A program made the position numbers and the translations under genes. Shown here piece by piece: positions 1-10,550 of a stretch of DNA of 43,763 bases. Position 1 is the stretch's first letter; every line of letters begins with the position of its first letter. This DNA is from an uncultured Phycisphaeraceae bacterium (lineage in GTDB: Bacteria > Planctomycetota > Phycisphaerae > Phycisphaerales > UBA1924): assembly GCA_964533405.1 (NCBI GenBank), contig CAZHKB010000001.1:1-43763 (forward strand), in the 5' to 3' direction. The notes under the pieces were generated by a model. It made no database searches and was not told where the DNA came from. It saw nothing but the letters and a program-made list of their open reading frames with translations.

Positions 1-55
1 GTTTGGGGGACGAGAGCGCGAGCACGCGACCCGGGGTCCGGGCCTGCGGGCGGGC

Positions 56-490
56 TCATGGGCCCTCCGGGGTGGTGGTCGGGTGGCTGGCCAGCGATGC
101 CGAAGGTGGGGCCGACGCGCCGGGGATCGACCGGACGTCTGGCGATGCTCCGGCGGGCTGGCCGCGGGCGTGGTACCAGTCCACCCAGTTGCGGGCGGCG
201 GCATTCCGCTGGTAGGGGGGAGCGTCGTGCTGGTAGTCGAGGGTCTGGCCGGTGCGTTTTTCGAGGGCGCGTATGGCGAGCAAGCGTGCGGCGGGGTCGT
301 CGGAGTCGAGCTGGGAGATCAGGCCTCGGAGGGAGTCGTCGTCTGTCTGGTCGGCGGCGAGAACGATGGCGTCGAGGCGGTGGGAGGGGCCGACGGCGTC
401 GAAGCCGGTCTGGTCGCGATAGACGCACGAGCCCGCGAGCAGCGGGAGAGCCAGCAGGAGGGCGCGGGCGTAGTGGCGAAACGGTCGCAC
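56..490 (-). CDS. small lipoprotein with HEAT-like helical repeat (hypothetical)
   Basis: ORF 56..649. An in-frame GTG at 490 sits just before a signal peptide with the lipobox LLAGSC. The 53 codons upstream are Arg/Pro-rich and not protein-like. The helix DDPAARLLAIRALEK is HEAT-like. Confidence 0.5.
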   Translation of the reverse strand: MRPFRHYARALLLALPLLAGSCVYRDQTGFDAVGPSHRLDAIVLAADQTDDDSLRGLISQLDSDDPAARLLAIRALEKRTGQTLDYQHDAPPYQRNAAARNWVDWYHARGQPAGASPDVRSIPGASAPPSASLASHPTTTPEGP

Positions 491-754
491 GGCCAGATGG
501 TATCGGATCGGCGGGGGCGGGGGGTGGAGGCGCAGCGAGCCCGATCGCCGTTCCGCGAGCGAGTCCGGCGGCGCAAGCCCGGCGTTATCGTGCCCGATCG
601 GCGAGGCAGCCCCGACGCGAGTTCGCCGGGCGCGATGGGCATCTTTCACGGCGAGACGCGCGGCGACGGACGCGTTCGGATAGGCCCATCGCCCACACCG
701 CGGGCTTGCGCGGTGCGGGTGGCTTTCCTACCCCGTTGCTCGACGACTCCGGGC

Positions 755-2494
755 TCAACAACCAGTCGAGAACAATGTCAGGTAGTAGAAGAAGTCGTCG
801 TTGTTGAGCACACCGTTGGGGATGCCGTAGCCGGGCTGGCCGGGGACCGCGCCGGTGGTCAGGTCGGCCACCGCGAGGTTGCCAGCGGCGAACTGGGAGA
901 GGTAGTAGAAGAAGTCGTCGTTGTTCAGCGTGCCGTCTGGCACGCCGTAGCCCGGCTGGCCCGGGATCGCGCCCGTGGTCAGGTCGGGTCGGCATGGGGT
1001 GCCGATCTGGAAGCTGCTGACGCTCTGGTCCTGGCCCGTGTTGTTCTGGGCGTCGCGTGCGACGACGCGGAGGCGGGCCTGCGAGGTTGAGGGCTGGGCC
1101 AGGGGCAGCACCCAGTCGAACGAGCCGTCGTCGGCGGTGTTGCTGGCGATTGTGTTGGGCCAGGTGGCGCCCGCATCGGTGGAGAGCAGAATGTCCACGC
1201 CGGTGGTCCCGTTGTCGTCGTCCGTGGACCATGTGATGGCGACGCTCGAGCCCTGGTTCACCTGGCCGCCGTCGCGCAGCGTGCGGAGGAACGCGGTGGG
1301 GTTGGCCCCGCCCGCGGGCGACGGCACGTGCATGGCGATGCAGTGGAACACGCCGGCGGACTGGGCGATCAACTGCCCGTTGAGCTGGCGGGTCGTGTAT
1401 CCCGGGAGCGCGGCCTGCCAGACCGCCAGCGCCTGCGCGTTGTAGGCCGCGGCGGTGGCGTTTGTGTAGGTCGGGACGACGTTCAAGTTGTTGCACATGA
1501 GCACGTTGGTGAAGGTGTAGTGGACGCCGCCGACGGCGACGGCCGGGATGCGGTGGACCGTCCACCCTAGCGAGGCCAGCAGCGTGGCGGCCCCGTCGCA
1601 GATCACGTCCTGCGTCGAGCCCGCGTTCTGCGGCCAGTCGGAGATGACCACGCCCTTGTCGGCGTAGACCTGCATCCACATGTCGATGTGCTGGGTGAGG
1701 TCGACGCTGGTCGGGAACGGGGTGAAGAGGGTGGTGTCGACGTTCTGGTAGTCGTTCCAGTGCTGGACGATGGTCGCCTCGGGCACGCCGGGGTTCTCGT
1801 TGTTGATCAGGCGGGTGGCGAAGGACTCGCCGTTGCCCGAGAGGTGGTAGTTGCCCCCGCCGTGGATGAGGGGGATGTCGTAGCGGGCGTGGTTTTTGAG
1901 GACGGCGAAGTCGGTGGGCATGACGTTGTCGAGGGGGCGTGGGCGGTTGTAGACGTGGTCGATGATGGCGCGGACCTGGTTGCCGGCGGGGCCCTCGTAG
2001 ACGTAGCGCGGGCCGTAATCGCGGATCCAGACGGAGTTGAGGGTGAACTGGCGGAAGACGACGCGGGACATGTTGGCGCCGGCGTTGGTGAGGGTGGTGG
2101 TGGCGCTGGTCTGGACGGCCGGGCTGCTGACGTAGACGTAGGCGCGGGCGTTGCCGTCGGTGGTGACCCAGGTGATGAGGCTGGTGAGGCTGGCGGTGAA
2201 GGACATCCAGGAGAAGCAGATGCCGTCGGTGGGCTCATACTCGCCGGGGCAGCGGACGGGTCCGGCGGGGATGCCGGGAATGTCGGTGGGCGTGACGGCG
2301 AGCGGATGCGTGCGGAGGTACTCGCGCTCGGCGTCTGTGAGATTGCGGGGCAGGTCGGGCTGCTCCCACGGGCGATCGGCGAAGGGGATCGGGGCGTCGG
2401 GCATGAGGCGCGCGGTTTGGCCAGCGGCGGAACCCGCGAGCAACGCAAAGACGATCAGGGCGGGCGCGGCGTGGGAGACGTGGATTGCGGTCAT
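755..2494 (-). CDS. agmatine deiminase / Porphyromonas-type peptidyl-arginine deiminase family protein with C-terminal GC-ended dockerin-like module
   Basis: ORF 755..2560. ATG 2494 follows GGGAG and gives the signal peptide ALIVFALLAGSAAG. Family motifs WIRDYGPRY, HGGGNYHLSGNG and GVFHCIAM are present. The C-terminal module is at 755..994. Confidence 0.8.
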   Translation of the reverse strand: MTAIHVSHAAPALIVFALLAGSAAGQTARLMPDAPIPFADRPWEQPDLPRNLTDAEREYLRTHPLAVTPTDIPGIPAGPVRCPGEYEPTDGICFSWMSFTASLTSLITWVTTDGNARAYVYVSSPAVQTSATTTLTNAGANMSRVVFRQFTLNSVWIRDYGPRYVYEGPAGNQVRAIIDHVYNRPRPLDNVMPTDFAVLKNHARYDIPLIHGGGNYHLSGNGESFATRLINNENPGVPEATIVQHWNDYQNVDTTLFTPFPTSVDLTQHIDMWMQVYADKGVVISDWPQNAGSTQDVICDGAATLLASLGWTVHRIPAVAVGGVHYTFTNVLMCNNLNVVPTYTNATAAAYNAQALAVWQAALPGYTTRQLNGQLIAQSAGVFHCIAMHVPSPAGGANPTAFLRTLRDGGQVNQGSSVAITWSTDDDNGTTGVDILLSTDAGATWPNTIASNTADDGSFDWVLPLAQPSTSQARLRVVARDAQNNTGQDQSVSSFQIGTPCRPDLTTGAIPGQPGYGVPDGTLNNDDFFYYLSQFAAGNLAVADLTTGAVPGQPGYGIPNGVLNNDDFFYYLTLFSTGC

Positions 2495-2618
2495 TGAGAC
2501 TCCCTGGAAATGCTGGACTGGAGTTTGAGGAGCATGTTCGGGACGATGTTCCGCCGACACGAGGCGGTGTGGGCGGACTTCGAGGCGACCATTCGATTAT
2601 GCAATCGGCTCGGTTGGT

Positions 2619-4079
2619 TCAGCACGCGGCCGCGAAGCTCGCCAGATAGTAGAAGAAATCATCATTGTTGAGAACTCCGTTTGGCACGCCGTAGCCAACG
2701 GTGCCCGGGATGGCGGTGGTGGTCAGGTCGGCCACCGTGAGGTTCCCGGCCGCGAACTGGGCAAGGTAGTAGAAAAAATCGTCGTTGTTCAGGAGGCCGT
2801 TGGGCACGCCGTAGCCGGCGGTGCCGGGGATGGCGGTGGTGGTCAGGTCCGGACGGCAGGGGGATGGAGCAAAGGTGACGAGTTGAATGCTGACGTCGCG
2901 TGTTTGGCCATCCGACTCCGCCTGAGTGGAGACGATCGCCTGGAGCACGGCACCGGGCGAGGCCGCGGGCGCGGCGACGAAGATGTCGACGCCGCCGGTC
3001 TGACCCGGCGCGAGCGGGCCGACGGAGAACAACGCGCCGACGATCGGCCACGCCTGGCGATCAACGCCCTCGACCTGGGCGATGTAGGTTTCGGTGCGCG
3101 GGCCGCGATTGTGGACGGTCAGGGCGAGGCCCACCACGCCGGTGGTTGGTGGCGGCGGTGCCACACTCAGGTCGAAGCGCGGGTCGATGGTGTTGACGAC
3201 TCCGGCGATGGCCGAGGCCTCGGGCCCCCAGACCTCGCGCCAGACGGACTGATCGTGGCGGAGGTGCAGGAGGAAGATCTGGACGAGAAGGCGGCGGGTG
3301 ACCTCGAGCTGTTGGGTCCGCGTGATGGAGCCGGAGTCGCAGAAGAGGAACCCGCCGTCGGTGAACCCGCAGTGGAACCCGCCGGTGATGACGGGCAACT
3401 GGCGCGGCCCGGCTAATGCGTTGTAGATGAGCTGCCCGTTGCCGCCGACCGGCACGATCGTGTCTTGGCTGCCAGCGATGAGAAAGACGGGCGCCTGGAT
3501 CGATGCTCCCGCGGCGATCGCGCTGGGATTGGTCTCAGCGGCGGCCAAGTTGGCGACGGCGTCAACGCGGGGATCGATCGCGGCGCAGAGCACGCTGGCA
3601 CCGCCGCCCATGGAATGGCCAGAAACACCGAGAGAGTTTACATCGACCACGCCCAGGAATCGCGAACCGGGTCGCGTCTGCTCGGAAATCATGAAGGTGA
3701 GGCTGTCGGACAGGTCCCGCCCATATTCGGCGTGGTTGGGTGAGAATCCGCTCTGCGAGTCGGTGGCAACAACAAGGAAACCCCACGTGGCCAGGTGGTC
3801 CAGCGTGCTGTAATACTGTGAGACTGCCTGAAGAAAACCGTGCCCAAAGGCGATCACTGAATACGGCCCGCCGGACGGATCCAGCGGAGTGCCGGAGCCC
3901 GGCGAGGTCGCGGGGTAGAACACTTGGGCGGTAAACGTCCCGCCGGTCTGGCGGTTGACGGTCACGGTGGTGCGACCGGGCTGGTGGGGGCCGGGCTGCG
4001 CGAAATCAGCCCGACACGCTTGGGAGATCAGCAGCACCCAGAGGGCCACAACAACGGGGACAACGGGGCGGTGGAACAC
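2619..4079 (-). CDS. alpha/beta hydrolase, cutinase/polyesterase-like (dienelactone-hydrolase fold), with GC-ended dockerin-like module
   Basis: ORF 2619..4133. The probable start is GTG 4079, with GGAG 8 nt upstream. A signal peptide is present. The Ser-Asp-His motifs [14 protein letters not shown] and GGFHCGF are present. The module is at 2619..2858. Confidence 0.75.
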   Translation of the reverse strand: MFHRPVVPVVVALWVLLISQACRADFAQPGPHQPGRTTVTVNRQTGGTFTAQVFYPATSPGSGTPLDPSGGPYSVIAFGHGFLQAVSQYYSTLDHLATWGFLVVATDSQSGFSPNHAEYGRDLSDSLTFMISEQTRPGSRFLGVVDVNSLGVSGHSMGGGASVLCAAIDPRVDAVANLAAAETNPSAIAAGASIQAPVFLIAGSQDTIVPVGGNGQLIYNALAGPRQLPVITGGFHCGFTDGGFLFCDSGSITRTQQLEVTRRLLVQIFLLHLRHDQSVWREVWGPEASAIAGVVNTIDPRFDLSVAPPPPTTGVVGLALTVHNRGPRTETYIAQVEGVDRQAWPIVGALFSVGPLAPGQTGGVDIFVAAPAASPGAVLQAIVSTQAESDGQTRDVSIQLVTFAPSPCRPDLTTTAIPGTAGYGVPNGLLNNDDFFYYLAQFAAGNLTVADLTTTAIPGTVGYGVPNGVLNNDDFFYYLASFAAAC

Positions 4080-4126
4080 GGTGCGATCTCCAGTTAGCGA
4101 TACGTCCCACCTCCCGCGACAGATGA

Positions 4127-5110
4127 TCAGCACCCTGCCGCGAAGATGGAAAGGTAGTAAAAGAAATCGTCGTTGTTGAGCACGCCGTTCGGGACGCCGT
4201 AGCCCGCGCTGCCGGGGATGGCGAATGTGGTGACGTCGGCCACCGCAAGGTTGCCGGCGGCGAACTGGGAGAGGAAGTAGAAGAAGTCATCGTTGTTCAG
4301 GATGCAGTCGGGCAGGCCGTAACCCGGCGAGCCGGGGACCGCGCCGTGGGTGATGTCGGGCAGACAGCGAGCGGGGACGGTGGAGCCGGGGTTGGTGAAC
4401 AAGAACTCGATATCGGTGTCGGTGAGAACGCGATTGTAAATCTGGATGTCGTCGAGCATGCCGTCCATGTACCCGACCTGGTTGCCGCCGACGACGAGCC
4501 CACCGATGATCAGCGGGGCGGCGGTGGTGGCGATGCTCACTGGGGTCTTGGTGCTTTCCGCGGGCGCGCCATCGACGTAGATGCGGATGAGCGAGGGGTT
4601 GCGTGTGACGACGATGTGGTGCCAGGTGTTGTCGTTGACACTGGTGGTGGAGATGGGTTCGGGCCCCGGGCCGTGGGAGGCGTAAAACCACGCCTTGCCG
4701 GGCGCGCCGTACGTGCCGCCGCTGCTGCTGGCTGCGACAAAGTACCCGGCGACAATGCCCGAGACGTGGCGGCCGATGAGGATGTGCTCCGGGCTTGTGA
4801 AGGTCGGGAGCTTCACCCAGAGCCCGATCGAGAACTTGGCGGACCCGACGAGTGGGAGCACGTTGCCGATTTGGATGCGCCCGTTGTTGGCGCGCGTGAG
4901 TTGGATCGCTCCGCCCGCGATTCCCGCGGCTGGCATGAACGTCGCGCTGCCGGTCGGTGTGCCGGGAAAGTTGCCCGCGCTGTCGGCAGCGATGGTGCCG
5001 GGCAGGGCAGGCTCATCAAACTTCCAGTGCGCGATTGGGCCGGTTGCGGCCTGGGCGGTGCCTGCGCCGGCCATCAGCAGTGCGGTCAAGACTCGCGTTC
5101 GGGCGGACAT
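4127..5110 (-). CDS. LamG/concanavalin-A-like lectin domain protein with GC-ended dockerin-like module
   Basis: ATG 5110 has a purine-rich RBS. The signal peptide ends AGTAQA. LamG-type strands [16 protein letters not shown] and IRIYVDG are present. The module is at 4127..4366. Confidence 0.75.
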   Translation of the reverse strand: MSARTRVLTALLMAGAGTAQAATGPIAHWKFDEPALPGTIAADSAGNFPGTPTGSATFMPAAGIAGGAIQLTRANNGRIQIGNVLPLVGSAKFSIGLWVKLPTFTSPEHILIGRHVSGIVAGYFVAASSSGGTYGAPGKAWFYASHGPGPEPISTTSVNDNTWHHIVVTRNPSLIRIYVDGAPAESTKTPVSIATTAAPLIIGGLVVGGNQVGYMDGMLDDIQIYNRVLTDTDIEFLFTNPGSTVPARCLPDITHGAVPGSPGYGLPDCILNNDDFFYFLSQFAAGNLAVADVTTFAIPGSAGYGVPNGVLNNDDFFYYLSIFAAGC

Positions 5111-5197
5111 AATGCGATTCCTTTCTCTCTCGATCTCTCTATCTCTTCGTCGCTTCGTCGCTGGCCGAAGCCCTCTCTCACGGTCGGGCTACCCATT

Positions 5198-5217
5198 CCC
5201 TGAGCTTGCGCTCAGGG
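5198..5217 (-). terminator. stem-loop just downstream of the stop at 5222 (no U-tract)
   Basis: CCCTGAGC-ttgc-GCTCAGGG. A homologous sequence lies at about 10384..10401. Confidence 0.3.
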
Positions 5218-5221
5218 CTCT

Positions 5222-6112
5222 TTAGCACCCTGCCGCGAAGATGGAAAGGTAGTAGAAGAAATCGTCGTTGTTGAGCACGCCGTTCGGGACGCCGTAGCCC
5301 GCGCTGCCGGGCACGGCGAATGTCGTGAGATCAGCCACGGCCAGATTCGCCGCGGCGAACTGGGAGAGGTAATAGAAAAAATCGTCGTTGTTGAGCACGC
5401 CGTTGGGCACGCCATAGCCCGCGCTGCCGGGCACCGCGAACGTGGTCAGGTCAGGGCGGCATGTGGGCTCGGGCGGGATCGTGCCGGCGGACCGGATGGT
5501 GGCGGTGATGGTCACGGTCACGTTGACGCCGCTGAGGGTCTGGGTCTGCGAGCCGCCCAGGGTGAAGGCGAGTGTGAGTGTGTTGCCCGCGACGGTCGCG
5601 GTGCCGCTGGCGTCGCCAGCGATCACGCCAGCGGTTGAGAGGTCGATGGGAACGGTCCCGACGGCGCTGAAGAGCAGACCGCTGCCGACGGCCTGGCCCG
5701 TGCCGGTGGCGATGGTTGGCAGGCCCGTGAGCGCGAACGCCCCGCCGGCCCCGAGTGGACCGGCGGGTGACACCGTGCCCGGGGTTGCGTACGACACCAC
5801 CACGTTGTTCAGCGTGATGTTCAGGCTCCCTAGGAACCCCCCGTTGAGCACGATCTGGAGATTGTCGTTCAAGATCACGTCGTAGTCGGCCATGGCGATG
5901 GTGGTCGGGGCGGCCCCGTTGTTGAGCACGGGATCGACGTGCCCGGAAAGCGGTGAGGTGTCTGTGCCGTTCAGCCCCAGGGCTGAAATCTGGACCGACA
6001 CGGTGGACGTGGCGGGGTTGATGTTGGTGACCACGGTCACGGCGGCCAAGGTGGGAAGGGCGCAGGAGCCCAGGGCCAGTGCCAACGCGAGTGGTGAGTG
6101 TGCGCGCATCAT
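5222..6112 (-). CDS. secreted hypothetical protein (Thr/Gly/Val-rich beta domain) with GC-ended dockerin-like module
   Basis: ORF 5222..6184. ATG 6112/6109 follows GGAGAGAGAG. The signal peptide is [17 protein letters not shown]. The module is at 5222..5461. Confidence 0.7.
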   Translation of the reverse strand: MMRAHSPLALALALGSCALPTLAAVTVVTNINPATSTVSVQISALGLNGTDTSPLSGHVDPVLNNGAAPTTIAMADYDVILNDNLQIVLNGGFLGSLNITLNNVVVSYATPGTVSPAGPLGAGGAFALTGLPTIATGTGQAVGSGLLFSAVGTVPIDLSTAGVIAGDASGTATVAGNTLTLAFTLGGSQTQTLSGVNVTVTITATIRSAGTIPPEPTCRPDLTTFAVPGSAGYGVPNGVLNNDDFFYYLSQFAAANLAVADLTTFAVPGSAGYGVPNGVLNNDDFFYYLSIFAAGC

Positions 6113-6256
6113 CTCTCTCTCCGGATCCAAGCCGCGGGTGGCCGGGGGGCCATCCATTGTCCCAGATTCCGCCCGCCGCACCAAGGCTAACCGAGCGCGG
6201 CGTCGTCCGTCAATCGATTCGGGGGCAATCGGCGGATGATCGGCCCGACCGAGAAC

Positions 6257-8563
6257 TCAGCAGCCCGCAATGAAGACGGTGAGGAAGTAGAAGAAATCGT
6301 CGTTGGTGAGCGTTCCGTTCGGAACTCCGTACCCGGGCGATCCCGCGATCGCGGTGGCGGTCATGTCTGCAATGGCAAGGTTGCCCGCGGTGAACTGGGC
6401 AAGGTAGTAGAAGAAGTCGTCGGTGTTCACGACGCCGTTGGGAACACCGTAGCCCGGCTGACCGGCGATCGCCGCGGTGGTCAGGTCGGGTCGGCAGGTA
6501 TTGTCGCGCCGGAGCATGGAAGCGGGGACGACCTGCTTGGCCAGGCCCGGCCCCTGGATGCGGAAGATCAGGCCAGCGCCGCCCTGGTTCTCGAAGAACT
6601 CGACGCGGAGAGGGTGGAGGCCGGCGGCGAGCGCGGCGGTGCCGGCGCGTTCGAGCATGCCGTGGAGCCCGTCGTTGGAGACGATCACGTCCGCGCCGAG
6701 GAGGGCGCGGGAGCCGTCGTCGGAATCGGTGTAGAGGGTGTAGAGGCCGCTGGAGGGGATGCTGAGGTAGCCCTGGTAGACCGCGCCGATTTCCTCGGCC
6801 CTGCCGCTGCCGCCGAAGTTCCCGCCGGTGCTGGGGATGTCAATGAGCGAGACCGTTCCGGTGAGATAGGGATTGATTAGCTCGAAGTCGGGCAGGACGC
6901 TCGCGCCGCCGACGAGTTCGTAGTACGACGCCTCCAGCCCTCCCACCACCGAGCCGGGATTGATGGGCTGGCGAAACTGGAGCAGCGAGACGGCGACGCC
7001 GGTGGCGGCGGGCGGTCGGCCCACGGCCTGCACGCTATAGGGGATGGTGTCCTGGCCCGAGACCCCGCCCAGCGGGGCGGTGTATCGCAGCAGGTCGCGC
7101 CCGCCTGGCCCGGCCCCGGTCAGCCGCTGGACGCTGCCGCCCAGCGCGGTCAGCGCACCAAACTGCGAGATGGTGACCGCGTCGCAGTTGACGGGGATGT
7201 CGTTGGCCAGCACATCCAGGTCGACGACCTGGCCCGAGGCGGTGCTGACCGCCTCGCCGACGGCGACCGTGCCCCCCGGCGCGTTGACGCAGGTGCCGGT
7301 CCCGGCGAGGAACGCGTCCATCTGGTTCTGGGTCTGGGGATGGAACGAGAGCAGGACATTGGCCATGCCGCCAGAACAGTTGTGGCAGTACGACATGATC
7401 GTGCCCAGATTCGCCCCGGCGCAGTTGCCCGCTCCGCACAGGTCGGGCGGGGGGACCAGGTCGTGCGTGTGCTGGGCGCCGAAGTTGTGACCCCACTCGT
7501 GGGCGACGACCATGACATCCCAGTTCGACCCGTGGTTGTTCTGGAGCGGATACGGGAACGAGCCGCCCAGGTTGCCCGAGACAGCGTACGCGAACGACCC
7601 GCACATGGCGCCGAGCCATGCGACCCCTCCGCCAAGCCCTCGCCCTGAGAGGAAGTGGGCCGCATCCCGCTGCACCGCGCCCATGTTGGAGTTCCAGTAT
7701 GCCCGGAACTGATCGAGCTGAGCGCCCGAACCGCTCGCGGTCCACGGGTCCGACGGATCTTCCCACAGACGCAGGTACTTGATCTGGATCCCCATGTTCA
7801 GGTCGCGCCGATAGATCTCGGAGACCGCCCCGACGAGGATGGCGGCGTAGTTGCCCGAGGCCTGGGTGTCGCCGCCGAACAGGGTGCCCGTGAACTCCCA
7901 GTCGGTCTCGATAGCGACCTCGGCCAGGCGGCAGTTGAAGTCCATGGGGGAAAAGCCGGTTGCGGCGGCCCGCTCGCCCGCGCCGGGCGGGATGAGCACG
8001 GTGCAGCCGATCTCGGCGGCGTTGAGCCACGCGGCCAGGTCGCCCTCCAGCGCCGCGATCACGAGCGGACCCGGCACGCCATCGGGCATCGGCCCGGTCG
8101 AGATGACCCACGTTCGCACGCCGTGGTCGGCGTTGGGCGCAGTCTGGATGTAGCCGTGGATGCCCGTGGGGCTCGAACCAAGGAACGCGATGGAGCCGGG
8201 ATCGCCGGCGATGTGCCCGCGGAGCAGTTGGATGTCGAGTCGGCCCACGTCGCGCTCGCCATTGAACCCGTCCACCACGACCCGGCCATCGGGCGACATG
8301 ATCTCGAACGTTTGCAGTGCAAGGGTCAACGTCTGCTCGCCGTCTGGCAGCGGGAGCGACAGAAAATCGGTCTGGCCGTGGCCGAAGCGGGCGGTGAGGG
8401 CGCCGTGGTCGAGGTCCAGGCCAACCCACGGTGTGGAAGTTGGTCGCGCGCCGATGACCAGACGGGCGGGTGTGTCACCGCCCAGTGCCGGCAGCGCCGT
8501 CAGACCAACGACCGCGACCAAGGCGCCCAGCACCGCCGGCGCACGGCGAACACCAATCCCCAT
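6257..8563 (-). CDS. reprolysin/metzincin-like zinc metalloprotease with PA14-like domain and GC-ended dockerin-like module
   Basis: [14 protein letters not shown] matches the HExxHxxGxxH zinc site. A PA14-like stretch is present ([18 protein letters not shown]...[13 protein letters not shown]). A signal peptide is present. The module is at 6257..6496. Confidence 0.8.
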   Translation of the reverse strand: MGIGVRRAPAVLGALVAVVGLTALPALGGDTPARLVIGARPTSTPWVGLDLDHGALTARFGHGQTDFLSLPLPDGEQTLTLALQTFEIMSPDGRVVVDGFNGERDVGRLDIQLLRGHIAGDPGSIAFLGSSPTGIHGYIQTAPNADHGVRTWVISTGPMPDGVPGPLVIAALEGDLAAWLNAAEIGCTVLIPPGAGERAAATGFSPMDFNCRLAEVAIETDWEFTGTLFGGDTQASGNYAAILVGAVSEIYRRDLNMGIQIKYLRLWEDPSDPWTASGSGAQLDQFRAYWNSNMGAVQRDAAHFLSGRGLGGGVAWLGAMCGSFAYAVSGNLGGSFPYPLQNNHGSNWDVMVVAHEWGHNFGAQHTHDLVPPPDLCGAGNCAGANLGTIMSYCHNCSGGMANVLLSFHPQTQNQMDAFLAGTGTCVNAPGGTVAVGEAVSTASGQVVDLDVLANDIPVNCDAVTISQFGALTALGGSVQRLTGAGPGGRDLLRYTAPLGGVSGQDTIPYSVQAVGRPPAATGVAVSLLQFRQPINPGSVVGGLEASYYELVGGASVLPDFELINPYLTGTVSLIDIPSTGGNFGGSGRAEEIGAVYQGYLSIPSSGLYTLYTDSDDGSRALLGADVIVSNDGLHGMLERAGTAALAAGLHPLRVEFFENQGGAGLIFRIQGPGLAKQVVPASMLRRDNTCRPDLTTAAIAGQPGYGVPNGVVNTDDFFYYLAQFTAGNLAIADMTATAIAGSPGYGVPNGTLTNDDFFYFLTVFIAGC

Positions 8564-8751
8564 GCCTCAACCCCTTCCGCCGGGCCCACCGCGAGACGGG
8601 CGCCAGCCTCACCCCATGAGACCCCGGGCTCCCGCCCTTGGTCGTCGAAATCAACGGCCCGGCCTGACCGACCGGGCCGCTCACATACGCATCGGCACCC
8701 TTCCAGGTGGCAGGCTTCCCGAGTTTGGGGAGCCTGAATCTGGATCGACGC

Positions 8752-10185
8752 TCAGGCCGGGCAGCCCTGGGCGAAGATGGAGAGATAGAAGAAGAAGTCG
8801 TCGTTGTTGATGATTCCGTTCGGAACGCCGTATCCGGGCTGGCCCGGAACCGCGCCGGTGGTCAGGTCGGCGACCGCGAGGTTCCCGGCGGCGAACTGGG
8901 ACAGATAGTAGAAGAAGTCGTCGTTGTTGAGCACGCCGTTGGGCTGGCCATACCCGGGGACGCCCGGAACCGCGCCGCTGGTCAGGTCGGCGACGGAGCA
9001 GCGGACTGCGATGATCTTCCAGAGCTGGCCTGAGTTCTGGTCGGTGTAGTACATCTCGCCCGCGGCGTCCTCGCCGAACGACGTCAGGTTGTCGCCCATG
9101 TCAAACAGCGGGGTGCTGGGGATCGGAGCGGCCTGGGGGCCGGCGGGCAGGGTCCAGATCTGGCCCGAGCAGTAGTCGCCGAAGACGTACTTGCCGGCCA
9201 GGCGCGGGATGAGGTTGCCCCGGTAGACATAGCCGCCGGTGATCGCGCAACCGAGGCTGGTCGCATACTCGTGGATCGGGATGGTGAGGCCCGGAGAGAA
9301 GGGCGTGCAGCCGGACAGGCCTGTGGAGTGGTTGCCCTCCATGCAACGCCAGCCGAAGTTGAGGCCGCTCGCGCCCGCAGGTGCGAAGTCGATCTCCTCC
9401 CACGAGCCCTGCCCGACATCGCCGATGTACATGTCGCCGGTGGCGCGATCGAAGGAGTTGCGCCAGGGATTGCGCAGGCCGGTGTGCCAGATCTCGTCGG
9501 CGCCCGCGTTGCCGAGGGCGGCGTAGGGATTCCCGGCCGGGATCGCGTACTGCCGGCCCGGGTCCATGGCGTTGACGTTGATGCGGAGGATCTTGCCGAG
9601 CAGGAGCGTGTTGTTCTGAGCGCGGTTGCCCGGGTCGAAGCCGTCGCCCCCGTCGCCGGAGGAGATGTAGAGCATGCCGTCGGGTCCGAAGGCGATCCAC
9701 CCGCCGTTGTGGTTGGCGAAGGGCTGCGTCACGCTCAGGACGACTCGGCGTGTTGCGGTGTCCACGGAGTTGGACGTGGCCGGGTCGCCCAGCACGCGAT
9801 ACTCGGCCAGGGTGGTCGCACCGTTGCCCGCGCCGGTGACGTGGTAGATGTAGAGCAGTCCGTTGGTCTGGTAGTTGGGGTGGAAGGCAAGTCCGAGCAG
9901 ACCCTGCTCGCTGCCGGTGGTCGTGCCGCCGGTGGTGAGCGCGTCCACGTCGAGGAAGGGGGTGGCGACGACCGCGTTGTTCAGGACGATGCGGATGAAG
10001 CCCTGCTTCTCGATCACGAAGAGCCGCCCGGTGGTGTCGCCGGGGGCAAAGGTGACCCAGATTGGCCGTGCAAGGCCTGCGGTGACGAGCTGGCCTTGGG
10101 CGATCTGGGCGTCCACCCGGGTTGCGGCGCCGGCCGCGACGATGAGCCCCCCCGCCAGGGCGAGGCTGGTGATTCCGATCTTCAT
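8752..10185 (-). CDS. PQQ-dependent sugar (glucose/sorbosone) dehydrogenase family beta-propeller with GC-ended dockerin-like module
   Basis: ATG 10185 follows GGAGGGA. A signal peptide is present. Motifs [31 protein letters not shown] and GLRNPWR are present. The module is at 8752..9000 and ends GCPA. Confidence 0.8.
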   Translation of the reverse strand: MKIGITSLALAGGLIVAAGAATRVDAQIAQGQLVTAGLARPIWVTFAPGDTTGRLFVIEKQGFIRIVLNNAVVATPFLDVDALTTGGTTTGSEQGLLGLAFHPNYQTNGLLYIYHVTGAGNGATTLAEYRVLGDPATSNSVDTATRRVVLSVTQPFANHNGGWIAFGPDGMLYISSGDGGDGFDPGNRAQNNTLLLGKILRINVNAMDPGRQYAIPAGNPYAALGNAGADEIWHTGLRNPWRNSFDRATGDMYIGDVGQGSWEEIDFAPAGASGLNFGWRCMEGNHSTGLSGCTPFSPGLTIPIHEYATSLGCAITGGYVYRGNLIPRLAGKYVFGDYCSGQIWTLPAGPQAAPIPSTPLFDMGDNLTSFGEDAAGEMYYTDQNSGQLWKIIAVRCSVADLTSGAVPGVPGYGQPNGVLNNDDFFYYLSQFAAGNLAVADLTTGAVPGQPGYGVPNGIINNDDFFFYLSIFAQGCPA

Positions 10186-10255
10186 TTCGATCCCTCCGTG
10201 TCACTCCCCCCACAGACGCCTGGTCCGAGAACCCCGGCGTGGGTTGCTGTGGCGT

Positions 10256-10284
10256 AGTGTCTGGCCCGGAGGGGTGCAATGCAA
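10256..10284 (-). promoter_or_regulatory. candidate sigma70-type promoter for the PQQ dehydrogenase gene
   Basis: The minus strand reads TTGCAT-N17-GACACT, about 70 nt upstream of ATG 10185. Confidence 0.3.
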
Positions 10285-10401
10285 GAGAACCGTGTGTGGA
10301 CCGGGTGAAAATCCGAAAAACGGGCCTGATCGGACGGACCGGCGGCGGGGAGGGCCGGCGGAAGGGGCCGAGGCGGGTCTTGAGCCTGCGCTCCGGGCTC
10401 C

Positions 10402-10550
10402 CTAGCAGGCCGCTAAAAAACTCCTTGACGATCTCACTCGGACCCTGCTTCGCGTCCCAAGACCCCTCCGGATTCGCTGGAATCGAGGGTCGAGGTGCCC
10501 CAACGGACGTGATTGGAGGGGTGCGGAAGAGTTCTTTAGCGGCCTGCTAG
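10402..10550. mobile_element. 141-bp MITE-like insertion (10406..10546) with 12-bp perfect TIRs flanked by CTAG direct repeats
   Basis: The TIRs are CAGGCCGCTAAA (10406..10417) and TTTAGCGGCCTG (10535..10546). CTAG occurs at 10402..10405 and 10547..10550, and the right CTAG contains the TAG stop of the peroxidase gene. No transposase is encoded. Confidence 0.45.

Noticed and set aside
755-994. Regularly spaced ~120-nt repeats at the 3' ends of many genes could be mistaken for a CRISPR-like or satellite array.
   Set aside because: There are only two units per locus, they are in frame, and they encode the conserved ...[19 protein letters not shown]... peptide. They are coding domain repeats, not CRISPR.
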